Translations under genes and position numbers: made by a program
DNA from: Centroscyllium fabricii
Lineage: Eukaryota
Assembly (NCBI GenBank): GCA_051313645.2
Contig: JBNRSN020000008.1
Coordinates: 247,194,001 to 247,258,000, forward strand
Length of the DNA stretch: 64,000 bases
Reading direction: 5' to 3'
Notes under the pieces: generated by a model
The model's database searches: none
What the model saw: the letters and a program-made list of their open reading frames with translations, nothing else
What the model was told of the DNA's origin: nothing
Shown: positions 25,686 to 38,579 of the stretch, one piece after another
How positions within the stretch are numbered: the stretch's first letter is position 1
Layout: every line of letters starts with the position of its first letter

Positions 25686-26235
25686 CTGAATGTCCATATA
25701 AATAACATTCATAGACAGTGTTTAACACCAATTAGGAACCTCCTCAAAATAACAATTGTTTCGATTGACGTGACTTACCCTTTACAGATCGATGCTGGAT
25801 CTCTCTGATCAGTTGATCTCTGTCCAAATGCTCAGTCAGACTGTCCGTAATAACACATTGGAGTGCATTCCCACAACTACCGGTAGGCTTATGGGTTTAT
25901 ACATTCCCAATTGATCTCCCTCCCCTTTTAAATAAAACAATGTCTATCAGTTTCCTAAACGAATTGTCACGTTCCTCAGTCCAGAGTGTTTTGGACGATC
26001 ATGACTGACGCACCAGCAATGTGCACGCCTGGTTATTTTAAACGCGCTCCCCACCCCGCCCCTCGGGTGGAAATCATCGACTCCTGGCAAACTGGCTATA
26101 TTTGAGCTCATTATCTGCTCCATCACCATTTACTTTAATTATATCGAACACAAATATTTCCTCCTAGATGTATTGTAGTTTTCCTTGCAACTGACGAACA
26201 TCTCAGAAAGAAATACATCTATCATAGTACCTTAG

Positions 26236-26266
26236 CAATCACAGCTACTGAGATGCAGACATGCAT
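26236..26266 (-). other. Candidate first leader exon (MHVCISVAVI-G), donor mutated
   Basis: 31 nt ending in phase 1, followed by CTAAG; the duplicate copy at 25643 has GCTGTGATTG|GTAAG. Confidence 0.35.
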
Positions 26267-26869
26267 TACTGCATGTAACTTCACAACACGATATGTTACA
26301 GCAAAGAATTGCAATTATATAATATCAGGTACCTTTATTTAGCAGTTTGAAAATTAGTAGCTCAATTTCATTTTTTTAAGCAAAAGCGTCGACACTAACC
26401 TTGAGTAACGATTCTGCGACCCACAAAAACAACTAAAAGAGAAAATATCATTCAGTTATTGGAACAGAAACAACTTTATACGATGAATAAATAGACTGAC
26501 TGCCGCACATTGTTTTATCCACATTTCACAGTGTGATTGTGTTGCTGAAATTCTGGCTCAGTTTCGTTGAACTCCCTATCCAGAACATGACCACATTATG
26601 TAGGCAGACATCAAATACAGAGAGTGCAGGATTGACACCACAAGTTGTGTGAGAAAGTGCTTCCTGGTTTCACCCCAGATGATCTGGCGCCAGTTTTAGT
26701 ATCTTGCCCCCTTTTTACGGATTCACTCAGAATAAGTGAAGAAATTCTACCGTGATGATTTTTTGCATAAAATTCCAATAAACCATGGTAACAAAATGTG
26801 CCCTTGGCCCTAATGACAATTTTTAAAAAAAATTAGAGATGCTTTTTGACGCTGGATGAAGACGTCACT

Positions 26870-27480
26870 GGAAGTCAAATGAATGCAACTCCATGGAGTG
26901 TGGGAGAATAGGCTGAGCATCTTTGTAAATCTCCACATCCGGGACACCAGGAAACAGTTTTGCAATGGCTGCGCGGGAGCTCCATTATTGAATGGATGGA
27001 GGCATTACCAGTGTCACCTGTGTTTGGAGACTTTGGTGATTAAGTGGTCAATGCAGCCCTGTGTCATTTAACGTATTAGTCTCCGCCCACTGTGCAGATA
27101 TATATATCAGTGATATGTCAGCTCTTATAGACTGAATGAGAAAGTGCAGTGTACACACTGAGATCCGAATGGTGTTAGAAGTCATTGTAAACAATTAGTT
27201 TTAAAGCCAGTTTACTCACTGACATAAATATCACAATGCGGGTGTAATCAGCATGGATGAAGGAAGGAGCGTTTAGTTACGACAATTAAATAGTCTGTAA
27301 ATATTTCGTGCTGATGCTAACAATGAGAGCAAATACTTAAAACGGAAATATGCGGTTTCAGCTCAGACACTCTTCCACTCGGATAAACAGGAAGTTTACC
27401 CCTGACAGTAAAACAGTCCTTGAGAACAAAGAATGTGTTTAAATATACGGAATTAAAATACGCTATGAAAAATTTTCTAG
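26870..27480. promoter_or_regulatory. Putative promoter/enhancer module, copy 1 of 4
   Basis: CTCCGCCCAC (GC box) ~27080, TGCGGTTT (RUNX) ~27351 and ACAGGAAGT (ETS) ~27387; lies just upstream of the candidate leader exon. Function is inferred. Confidence 0.4.
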
Positions 27481-27559
27481 CACACATGAATTTAATAAAT
27501 AATGAATACGTTAAAATGACCTTGTTTTCACTTCCTTTAAATCTCTCGCCCATTCCCTT

Positions 27560-27890
27560 CTCATTAATCTTCTCCAACCCCACCACCCGCCGATATATCA
27601 CCGCTCCTCCAATTCAGCCCTCTTGAGCATCCTGATTAAAATCGCTCAACAATCGGTGGCCGTGCCTTCTGTTGCCTGGGCCATAAAATCAGGGCTTCCC
27701 CGCCTAAACCTCTCCGTTTCACACCGTTTCTTGTCTCCTTTAAGAAGCTCTTAAATCCGACATCTTTGACCAAGCTTTTGATCACATGCCCTTTTTCCCC
27801 TTATGTTGCTTGGTGTCAATTTTCTTGTCTGTGATACGCGTTGGGACGTTTTTCAATGTTAAAGGCGCTATTAAAATACAAGTTGTTAGA
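27560..27890 (+). mobile_element. L2-type LINE 3' end
   Basis: GGRAF..FKKLLKS.IFDQAF remnant and AAAGGCGCTAT..AAATACAAGTTGTT tail. Confidence 0.6.
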
Positions 27891-28300
27891 GAGTCAGTGG
27901 GGAAAACGTCAGTTGTTTGCGTCATCCATTATCGCCCTAGGAGGCCGCCAGTGGGTCGCAAAGCATCTAGCGCCCGGGCACGGTGAGTTTAGCATCGCTC
28001 GGTAAATTGACGAGGCATTTTGCCAGCGCTAAACACCACCACCACGGTCTCCTGGCTGGCTGATTGTGACACCATTTGAGTGTGCAATGCCAGCAGTAGC
28101 ATCCCGGACCAGATATTGAGTGCCTCCCCCTGCCATACCGCCTGCCGCTAGCAACGGCAGGTTGAGGGGAGCGTTCTGCAGTCACACACGGAATGGGGAG
28201 CGCTATTTAAGGGTAACTGCATCCTGCCTTTTATTGTTGGTGACTTGTTTGCACCACTCATTCTGAGAGAATGAGAGAGAGAGAGAGAGAAAGAAAAACA

Positions 28301-29608
28301 GTCATAGAGTCATAGAGTAATACAGCACAGAAGGAGGCCCTTCGGCCCATCGCGTCCGTGCCGCCCATCATTCCCAGTCTACTCTAACACCTATTCCCGC
28401 ATTTGGTCCGTAGCCTTGTATGCCTTGGCACTTCTAGTGATCATCCAAATACCTCTTGAACTTTGTGAGTGTTCCCGCCTCTACCCCCGTTTCAGGCAGT
28501 GAGTTCCAGACTCCAACTACCCTCTGGGTGAAAAAGCACATCCTCACATCCCCACGATACCTCCTGCCCCTTACTCTGAAATTATTCCCCTAGTTATTGA
28601 CCCCTTTACCAAGGGAAAATGTTGCACTCAATTCACCCTGTCTATTCTGCACATAATTTTGTACACCTCAATCAGGTCCCCCCTCAGCCTCCTCTGCTCC
28701 AAGGAAACAACTCCAGCCTATCCAGTCTCTCTTCATAGCTGAAGCTCTCCAGACCAGGCAGCATCCTGGAGAATCTCCACGGCAACCTCTTCAAAGCTAT
28801 TACACCCTTCCTATAGTGTGGCGACCAGAACTGCACACAGTAATCCAGCTGTGGTCTTACCAGCGTTCTGCACGGCTCTATCATAACCTCCCTGCAATTA
28901 TATTCTGTACCTCGGCTAATGAAGGCAAGTATCCCATATGTCTTTTTAACCACCATATCCACCTCTTCTGTTGCCTTCAGGTACCTATGTAACTGCACAC
29001 CAAGTTCCCTCGTATCCTCTGTCTTCCCTAGATTCCTACCATTCATGGTGTATTCCCTTGACATTTTAGACCTACCAAATTGCATCAACTCACACCCTTC
29101 AGGATTAACTTCCATTTGCCAGTGTTCCGCGCATCTGACAAACTCATCTATATCATCCTGCATGCTGCGGATTACCTCCTCGCTATTTACCAACCCACCA
29201 ACTTTTGTGCCATCTGCAAACTTACTGATCCTGCCTTTTACTTTCATATCAAAATCATTAATATTGACTACAAAAAGAAGGGACCCAACACCAATTCCTG
29301 CTGTTCCCCACTGGACACCGGCTTCCAGTCACACAACCAAACTTCGACCATCACCCTCTGGATCCTGTCATAGACTATAACCAGGTGTTGAGTGACTTCT
29401 TACAATTTTTCACCCAGTCCAACACCGGCACCTCCACATTCTGTCACTAATCCAGCTTTGGAAACACTGTGCCAAGGTACCCTGGATCCCATCGGCTCTT
29501 AAATTCTTGAACAGTCCCCTATGCGGGACCTTGTCAAAAGCCTTACTAAAATCCATGTATACAACATCCACTGCACTACCCTCATCTACACACCTGGTCA
29601 CTCCTTCA
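28301..29608 (-). mobile_element. CR1 LINE RT region with a small internal Penelope fragment (~29370-29440)
   Basis: ORFs [47 protein letters not shown]. Confidence 0.9.
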
Positions 29609-29699
29609 AGGGAAGATCATGTGATCCCACCTGATGTAGAGTCATCCAGACTCGAGTCGTCTTTTTCTTGCTCGCTGCAGCGATTTCCGGTGACCAAAT

Positions 29700-30045
29700 T
29701 TCTTTGTTTTTAATCATTCTGTGTGTTTTCACACAGACACCAGTCTACAGCATTTGACCCTTTGAGACGATACATCATTGATCTCAGACTGGTGCCTGAT
29801 TAATATGCTAAGATATGTTAAAACACATTTGTCTGCTCTGTATGTCTGCTGAAGTGTGATGTTGGAGAGATTAGCCTGCTGTCTCCCTTGTATATATGCT
29901 GTCTTTAAATGAACTTCTCTTTCACGTGAGGAAGGAGCAGCGCTCCGAAAGCTTGTGATTTCAAATAAAACTGTTGGACTATTACCTGGTGTTGTGTGAC
30001 TTCTTGCATTTGCCCACCCCAGTCCAACACTGGCACATCCACATC
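29700..30045 (+). mobile_element. Penelope-like element terminus with a minimal hammerhead ribozyme motif (core mutated)
   Basis: TCAC-GTGAGGA-A-GGAGC-AGC-GCTCC-GAAA-GCTT-GTGA at 29922-29958, then AATAAA. Confidence 0.7.
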
Positions 30046-32089
30046 GAGGATATTCAAGCCAGAGGTCGATAATTTCTGGGTGAACTAATGGAATTAATGA
30101 CAATATGGATAGTACGGGAAGGTGGGCATGCGGTACAAGATCAGCCATGATCTTGTTGACTGGCAGGGCAGGCTCGAAGTGCCAAATGGCCTACTCCAGC
30201 TCCTATTTCTTAAGTTCTTATATACCTGTAGTAAAGAGTTGCAGATTTAAATTAGGGAAGCATTGTTTTCAACGGCAACTGCGACGCTAAGCCGACATCA
30301 AAGATTAAAAATAATTGCCAAAAGATCTAGAAGCGAAATGAGGAGATTTATTTTACACAGTGGGTTGGTCAAAGCTTCAACTCACAACTGTGTATGTGTT
30401 GGATTCAGATACCACAGGAGGTTTGAAAAGGCAACTGAAAATCTAAACTAATTTTCAGGGCTATGACTGAAATGCTCATATTTCGGATTAAATTGAGCAG
30501 CTCATTAAAATAGCCCCTACTTGCACTCCGGTGGGAATAGCCTCCTGTAAGACTCTATTATTCAATTACATTACTTATGTCCAGATGTTTATTTGCAAAG
30601 AATGCGAATAAACCACGGCAAGAATCAAAATATGCTCTTGAGGCTATGAATAGAAAACAGCATGAATAGCTGTTCAAATAACAATAGCTGTACCTTTTGT
30701 GACTTAGTGAAACCATAATTTAAAGAGATAGGAAATCAGGTTGGTGGAGCGAGTGTGCAAATTCTGGGCATCTTCACAGTTCGTCACATGCAACATCCTG
30801 AAAGTTGGCGGCGCGCACGTTCACACCGGCTTTGTCTCTCCCGAGACAATTTCTTCAGAGCTTCTTTTTTATCCTCATCATCCTAGGTCTGCTCTCCAGG
30901 AAAACGATAGCAGACCTCCGCTACAGCAGGCAAGCACTTCTCGACATCGGGGCCAGCTTTGGAGCACATTCACTGGGAGATCGCGATCTCGAAGCCGAAA
31001 TTAACAAGGCAGCGGCAGCGTGGGGTCCAGCGGGGGGTCGTCGGAGGCCCAGATGAGATTGTACCCAGAAGAGAGGTAAGAGAGAAGGGACCAACATGAG
31101 GCTGAAGAGGGCCCCTCTCAGTTCCTTACTTCCAGCATCTACCTGGCCAACCTCAGCTCCCTAGGGAGTAAAATTGGTGAATTTAAACTTTGCCTCTCCA
31201 CATAGACCAGGATTAAGAAATGCTGCGCCATGATCTTCACAGAGACCTGGCTGAACGATGGCATTCCTGACTCCGCCATCGAGCTGGTGGGTCAAACAGT
31301 CTTCTGCGCCAAGAGAACAGCCGACTCCGGTAAGAGCAAGGGAGGCGGCCTGTGCATCTACACGAACAACGCCAGGGTCACGAACGCAGAACTGTTCGAA
31401 GGTTCCTGCTCCACCGATCTGGAATTACTCACTGTAAAGTGCAGACCCTTTTACCTGCCTCGGGAATTCACGGCCGTCATCTTCGCTGCGGTCTACATCC
31501 CTCCACGTACTAATGCCAAACTGGTACTAAAGGATCTCCACCGGGCCATCGGCGAGCAGCAGACCGCGCATCCAGAGGGAGTCTTTATCGTAGCTTCAAC
31601 CACGCTAACCTGAAATACGTATTACCGAAATATCACAAGAATGTCTCCTGCCCCACGAGGGGCGTTAACACGCTGGACCAAGTCTAAACCAACATCGCAG
31701 AGGCTTACAAAGCCAACCCGTGCCCCCACCTTGGGAACTCCGTCCACCTTTCACTGTTAATCGCCCCAGCATACAAATCACTCATTAAAATGGTGAAAGC
31801 TTCAGCCAAATAAGTCAGGGTATGGCCAGAGGGGGCTGTCTCAGAGCTACAAGACTGCTTCAAACGCACTGAATGGAGCATGTTCGCTCACATGGATATC
31901 GAGGAATACGCATTCACAGTGTTTTTTTACATCAACAGCTGTGTCGAGGTGGTCACTACCAAAAAACCATCAAGGCATTCCCAATCCTGAAACCCTGGAT
32001 GAACGTGGATGTCCGCTCGCTGCTGAAGGCACATGATGCAGCTTTGAAATCTGGGGATGTGTCGGCATACAGCACAGCCAGGGCCAACC

Positions 32090-35000
32090 TGACGTATCGT
32101 CAATAATGCAAAATACGAGTAGTTACCTTAACTACAGGCTTTTATTAACTTGAAGATGGAGCTAGTCTCCAGTCGAACACAAGGCAAGAATGACTGGGGG
32201 CAGGGCAGACCTTACCTATAAGCTCCCACCTGAGGGGAGGAGTTAGAGGTGTGGCTGACCTGGCCTTACCTGCAGTATTCCATACACAATGCACTCGCAA
32301 CTGTATAAAACTGTACACAAGTGGTAATATGGTTACCACATTCACACCTTTTTTGAGAATGAGTCCGGTGGGGTGAACGAGAGAGAAGAGTAAAAAAAAA
32401 AAAATTGTCCGTTTCAACAGCGTTCTATAAGTCTCTCCGACGGTCGTGTCTGCCCTGACGACCGCCGGGGTTCCGGCAGCGGTGCTGGTGCCAGTTGTGC
32501 TGTCGGGGTTCGGTCCTCCAGCAACAGTGCCCACGGCGTGGAGTCCGGCCCCAGGTTGTCGGCCAATACTGTCGAGGGCCCCGGTGTGTGGGTATATGTA
32601 GGCCAGTAATCGGTGGATGGTGGCTGGTCGGGTTGAGGCTCGACCTGGGGTTCTGCCCTAGTGCTCCCGGCGGGCGCCATTTCTCTGATTGAAACTGTGT
32701 ACTCGCGCCCATCCGGGAATTGCACGTAGGCATACTGCGGGTTGGCGTGCAGCAGCTGTACACTTTCCACCAGGGGGTCGGTCTTGTGGCCGCGGACATG
32801 CTTTCCAAGCAAGACTGGCCCTGGCGTTGTGAGCCATGGTGGGAGTGCTGTCCCCGATGTCGACTTCCTGTGGAAGGAAAATAACAGGTTGTGATGTGTA
32901 GCATTTGTAGCCATACACAGCAGAGAGCAGATGGAGTGGAGTGCGTCTGGGCGGACTTACTGCCAACGGGAAACATGAAGGCCTCTGGACTTCAGGCCCA
33001 GGTTGACCGCCTTCCAGATGATCCCGTTCTCCCTTTCTACCTGGCCGTTCCCCCGTGGGTTGTAACTGATCGTTCTGCTTGAGGCAACCCCTTTCTGAAG
33101 CAGAAACTGACGCAGCTCGTCGCTCATGAACGACGACCACCGGTCACTATGGATGTAGCTGGGGAGACCAAAAATGGTGAACAGCGTGGTGAAGTGTTTG
33201 ATCACCATTGCGCTCGTCATGTCTGGGCAGGGTAAGGCGAAGGGGACGCGGGAGAACTCGTCCACGACCGTGAGGAAGTACGAGTTGCGGTCAGTGGAGG
33301 GGAGGGGGCCTTTGAAGTCCACGCTCAGATGTTCAACGGGCGGGTGGCCTTGATGATGTGCGCCGTGTCTGGCCTGTAAATGTGGGGTTTGCACTCGGCA
33401 GAGACAGGGAACTCTCTGGTCATAGCCTTAACCTCCGTGAAAGATTAGGGAAGGCTACGGGATTTTACGAAATGGGCGAGTCTGGTGACACCCGGGTGGC
33501 AGAGGCGATCGTGGAGGGCTATCAGCCGGTCCAGCTGCGCGCTGGCGCACGTTCCCCTGGACAGTGCATCCGGGGGTTCGTTGAGCTTGCCTGGACAGTA
33601 AAGAATGTCGTACTCGTATGTCGAGAGTTCGATCCGCCACAGCAGGATCTTATCATTCTTGATTTTACACTTTTGTTTATTATTAAACATAAGCACCATG
33701 GACCGTTGGTCGGTGAGCAGGGTAAAACGCTTACCGGCCAGGTAATGGCGCCAGTAGCGCAATGCCTCCACAATGGCCTGAGCCTCCTTTTCCACTGCTG
33801 AGTGGAGAGTTTCGGGTCCCTGTAGGGTCCGGGAGCAAAACGCTATGGGCCTGCCTGCCTGATTCAGGGTGGCGGCAAGGGCGAAGTTCGAAGCATCACT
33901 CTCCACCTGGAAAGGGATGGACTCATCAACGGCGTGCATGGTCGCCTTGACAATGTCTTCCTTAATCTGGGCGAATGCTATTTGGGCTTCTTCCGAGAGG
34001 GGGATGACGTCAGCCTTGAGGAGCGGTCTGGCCCTATCCGTAAACTGGGGAACCCATTGCGCATAATAGGAAAAAAATCCTAGACATATCCTCAGGGCTT
34101 TGGGGTTGTGAGGTAGGGGCATTTCCTGTAGGGGACGCATACGCTGTGGGTCGGGGCCGATTACCCCGTTTTCCACCACGTATCCGAGGATAGCGAGCCG
34201 ATCTGTACTAAAGACGCACTTCTCTTTATTGTACGTGAGATCTAGCCATTTCGACGTGTGGAGAAATTTGGCGAGGTTGGCATTGTGGTCCTGCTTGTCA
34301 TGGCCGCAGATGTTCATGTTGTCCAGGTAGGGTAAGGTGGCCTGAACCCGTTCTGGTCAACTGTACGGTCCATCTCCCTTTGGAATACCGACCCCCCATT
34401 GGTCACACCAAAGGGGACCCGGAGGAAGTGATAGAGCCGACCGTTCACCTCGAAGGCGGTGTACTGGCGGTCGGATTTCCGGATTGGGAGTTGGTGATAT
34501 GCCAACTTAAGTTAGATTGTTGAAAAGACCTTTTTACTGGGCGATCTGGTTAACCATATCCTAGATGCTGGGAACGGGGTATGCGTCAATCCCGGTGTAG
34601 TGGTTACTCGTCTGGCTGCAGTCAATGACCATGCACAGCTTCTAACTGGTCTTAACCACCACGACCTGGGCCCGCCAGGGGCTAGTGCTGGATTCAATTA
34701 TCCCCTCTTGCTGCATATGCCCGATTTCCGACCTGATAAATGCCCGGTCCCACGCACTGTAACGCCAGCTCTTGGTAGCAATAGGTTTGCAGTTGGGGTC
34801 GAGGTTGGCGTACAGCGAGGGGGGTCGATTTACAGGGTGGATAGGCCGCAAGTCGGGCTCCGCTTTAAGAAAGGATTGTCTCGGCTACTGATGGTGAGGT
34901 GGGCCAGGGTCCCACCGAACTCCATTGTCACGCTTTTCAGGTGGCACTGGAAATCCAATCCCAGTAAGACTGGGGCGCACAGTTGCTGGAGGATATAGAG

Positions 35001-36818
35001 CTTGAAATTGCGTTAGACGCAGTCCCTGACCATGAGCGTGGCGGAGCAGTAGCCGGTGACGTCCGCCGTGTGGGACTTGGAGGCAAGGCAGATTTGGTAG
35101 TGCATGGGCAGGGTCCACAGTCCATAGCGCTGCACTGTGTCGGGGTGGATGAAGCTCTCTGTGCTTCTGGTGTCGAACAGGCAGTTAGTAATGTGCCCGT
35201 CCACTTTAATCCCCATCATGGAATTTGATAGGGTGCGGCCTAGCCTGGTCAACAATGGCTGAGGCCGAAGTGTGTGTGTGTGTGTAGGGGCCCTTGGCTA
35301 GCTGGAGCCGTTCACAAGATGGCGGCTCCCGTGGTTCACACGCGGCTGACCGCGGTGGACAAGATGGCTGCACCAGGGGTCGCACATGGATGGCCGCTGA
35401 AGACAAGATGGCGGCGCCCGTGATTCACACGCGGCAGGCCGCAGTGGACAAGATGGCGGCGCCGGGGGGGTCGCACATGTCTGGCCGCTGAAGACAAGAT
35501 GGCGGCGCCCGTGATTCGCATGCGGCGGAATGTGGCAGATGAGATGGCGGTGCCCGTGATTTGCATGCAGTGGACCATGCTGGGTGAGATGGCGGCATTG
35601 GGGGGTCGCACATGGCCGGCCACGGCCGCCTCTGGCGTGGCGGCACCCGTGCCACGCGCGCAGCCGGCATCCGCCATACAGGAATGGGGGATTGAAGCAC
35701 CCGTGATTTACCCCCGGACCGCTGCTGGGTCACGCTGCAACAGTTTACCTTGGGCCATGGGATGGCGTTGGAGGTCTGGATCTGGACACTGGGGCCGAAT
35801 TGCAGGCCCTGGTGTAGTGTCCCTTTTTGTTGCATCGCTCGCAGGTCGCGCTCCCCGTGGGGCACTGAGCTCACGGGTGCTGTCCCTGGCTGCAGAAGTA
35901 GCATCTTCACTCCGACGGCGTCTTCAAAGCTGCCACTGCCACTGCCACTGTGAGGTTCTCGGCCTGTCGTGGTGGCACCCAGGAATCGAGGGTATCATGT
36001 GGGCCTTGGCCGCCGTATGCCTCTGGCTTGTGGTGCGCTCCGTCTACCGCATTGGAAATGGAGATCGCGTCTTCCAGTGACAGAGTGTCCTTTTCCAGCA
36101 GCCACTGGCGGGCCTGGCTGGACCTGATTTCGGCGACGTATGCATCCCATACTAGGAGATCCGTCTCCTCCTCTGCCATTCGTGGCTGGCAGTCGCAGGC
36201 CCGTGCGAGGGCTTGAAGTGCCAACAGGAATTGTTCATTCTACTCACCGAGCTGTTGTTGTCTGGTCGCTAGGATGTGTCTGGCATGGACCGAGCGGACC
36301 GGGCGCAAGTAGCATTCCTTCAGTTTATTCACTGCCTCCGTGTAGGTTGTGAGGCCGCGGATAAAGGAGTATAACAGGCTGCTGATTCTTGACGAGAGGA
36401 CCTCCAGTTTGTCCCCGTCGCTCTTTGCCTTTGCGGCCTTCATGTAGGCCTCGACTAGGCCGAACCATGGTTCAAAAGCGTTAGCAGCGTCTGGTTCTTG
36501 AGGATTTAAATCCAACCTGACCGTTTTCACTGTGTTACTCTCCATTTTAAAATCAAGTTAATAAAATTGATGCATCGTCCATAATGCAAAAGACGTGTAG
36601 TTACCTCAACTACAGGCTTTTATTAACTTGAAGATGGAGCTAGTCTCCCGTTGAACACAAGGCAAGAATGACTGGGGGCAGGGCAGACCTTACCTATAAG
36701 CTCCCACCTGAGTGGAGGAGTTAGAGGTGTGGCTGACCTGGCCATACATGCAGTATTCCATACACAATGCACTCACAATGATTTACAACTGTACACAAGT
36801 GGTTATATGGTTACCACA
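32090..36818 (-). mobile_element. Gypsy/Ty3 LTR retrotransposon (gag-PR-RT-RH-IN), frameshifted
   Basis: 251-bp LTRs at 32090-32340 and 36568-36818 (TG..CA, roughly 7% different by eye); 5-bp TSD CAACC at 32085-32089 and 36819-36823; PPT at ~32341-32355; PR FDTRS, RT PFGVTN, RH DASN and IN HSDR/NGQVER motifs. Confidence 0.93.
35315..35600. repeat. ~45-bp tandem repeat in the Gypsy gag-PR linker
   Basis: (C/G)A-AGATGGC core at 35315, 35360, 35404, 35449, 35495, 35541 and 35586. Confidence 0.8.
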
Positions 36819-38579
36819 CAACCTAAATAGGGGTATCAGGTCTGACAAACGAAATCAGACACGGAAGATAGGGGAACATTTCCACAACAACTCGGACACT
36901 TGGCGTATGTGGCAAGTCATACAGTCCATCACGGACTACAGCAGCCTCCCTACGGGAGGAACTCAACAACTTCTACACTCGCTTCGACAGGGACAACAGG
37001 GAGCCAGCCACCAATGTCCTGCAATCCCCGGAAGACCAGCAACTATCACTGTCCTCCTCCGACCTAAGAGATGCTCTACGTGGAGTGAACGCATGGAAGG
37101 CCGCGGGTCCTGACGGCATCTCCGGCCGGGCACTCAAAGAATATGCCGACCAACTGGCTGAGGTCTTTAGCGACATCTTCAACCTGTCACTGGCGAAGGC
37201 AGCTGCCGCTATCTGCTGCAAGTCACCACCATCATCCCAGTGCCCAAGAAAACGGGTGTGACGTGCCTGAACGACTTCCGCCCTGTTACACTGACACCCA
37301 TTATCATGAAATGTTTCGAGCGGCTGGTCCTGGCCCACATCAAAGCCAGCGACCCTGCCGCCCTGGACCAATACCAGTTTGCCTATCGCGGAAACGGATC
37401 AACGGAAGATGCTATCATTACGGCTCTTCACTCTGCACTAAACCACCTGGATAGCAAAAATACGTATATCAGAATGCTGTTTATTGACTACAGCTCAGCA
37501 TTCAACAACATCGTCCCCAGCAAGTTGTGTCCCAAACTCCTAACCCTCGGCCTGAACACCTCCCACTGCAACTGGACACTGGACTTCGTAACCAACAGAC
37601 CACAGTCTGTGAAGTTAGTCAACCTCACCTCCCCCCCCATCCTGAACACGGGGGCCCCACAAGGCTGTGTGCTGAGCCCCCTCCTGTACTCCCTCTTCAC
37701 CCATGACTGTGTATCTGTCCATGGCTCCAACACGATCATCAAGTTTGTGGACGACACCACGGTGCTTGGCCAGATGACGAACAACGATACGTTAGCCTAC
37801 TAGGATGAGATCCAGCGCCTTGTGGAATGGTGTGCCGACAACAACCTGGCACTGTGTACCAAGAAATCTAAGGAGATCATAGTGGACTTCCGGAACACTG
37901 AAAGCAGAAGACACACCCCCATCTGCATCCAAGTGGCTGAGGTGGAAACGGTGTCCAGCTTCAAGTTCCTAGGAGTCCAAATCACGGAAGACCTCTCCTG
38001 GTCACTAAACACCTGCTCTCTGGTTAAGAAGGCCCAACAGCGCCGGTACTTCCTAAGGAAGCTGAAAAAAGCCAAGCTCTCATCCGGCATTCTCTGCAAC
38101 TTCTATCGCTGCACAATCGAAAGCATACTGAGAAGCTGCATCACAGTCTGGTATGGACATTGCACCATCTCGGACCGGAAGGCCCTGCAGCGTCTAGTCA
38201 AAACTGCCCAATGAATCACCGGCACCCAGCTACCGTCAATGGAAAGCATCTACCTCAAACGCTGCTTACGGAGGTTTCTGAACATTATTAAAGACCCCAC
38301 ACACCCCAGCCACAGTCTGTTCGCCCCCCTGCCCTCCGGGAGACGCTACAGATCAATTCGCTCCCGCACGACTAGATTCAAGAACAGCTTCTTCCCCAGG
38401 GCTGTCAGCCTCCTGAACTCTAAAAAAAACTCCAGTACCTGCACACCTGAAAATGTACTTTACTGTATGCAATTGCATGTAATTTATTTGCACTACTCTT
38501 GCGAGTGGCAAGTCTTCGTCTCGTTGTATCATACTAGTACTCTGCAATGACAAAATAACTTGAATTGAAATGAATTCAA

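Larger units (their letters stand above)
2087..26266 (-). pseudogene. LRC-family (LILR/CHIR/NKp46-like) multi-Ig activating receptor gene, with disabling lesions in two Ig exons
   Basis: Six phase 1-1 Ig exons with canonical AG/GT, a TM exon with Arg and a short terminal exon, in the correct order on one strand. D5 has a TAA and D3 has an insertion with stops. Pseudogene versus exon-skipping gene cannot be resolved from sequence, and the 5' end is tentative. Confidence 0.7.
30802..38577 (+). mobile_element. Rex1/Babar-type LINE, near full length, degenerate, split by a Gypsy insertion
   Basis: APE motifs (FTETWL, KSKGGGLCIY, YIPP) at 31100-31800; RT motifs ([37 protein letters not shown]) at 37000-38200; TTGAA-type tail at ~38560. 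Confidence 0.88.

Noticed and set aside
32145-37371. Many overlapping GC-rich antisense or alternate-frame ORFs
   Set aside because: Shadows of Gypsy and Rex1 coding sequence with no independent motifs.
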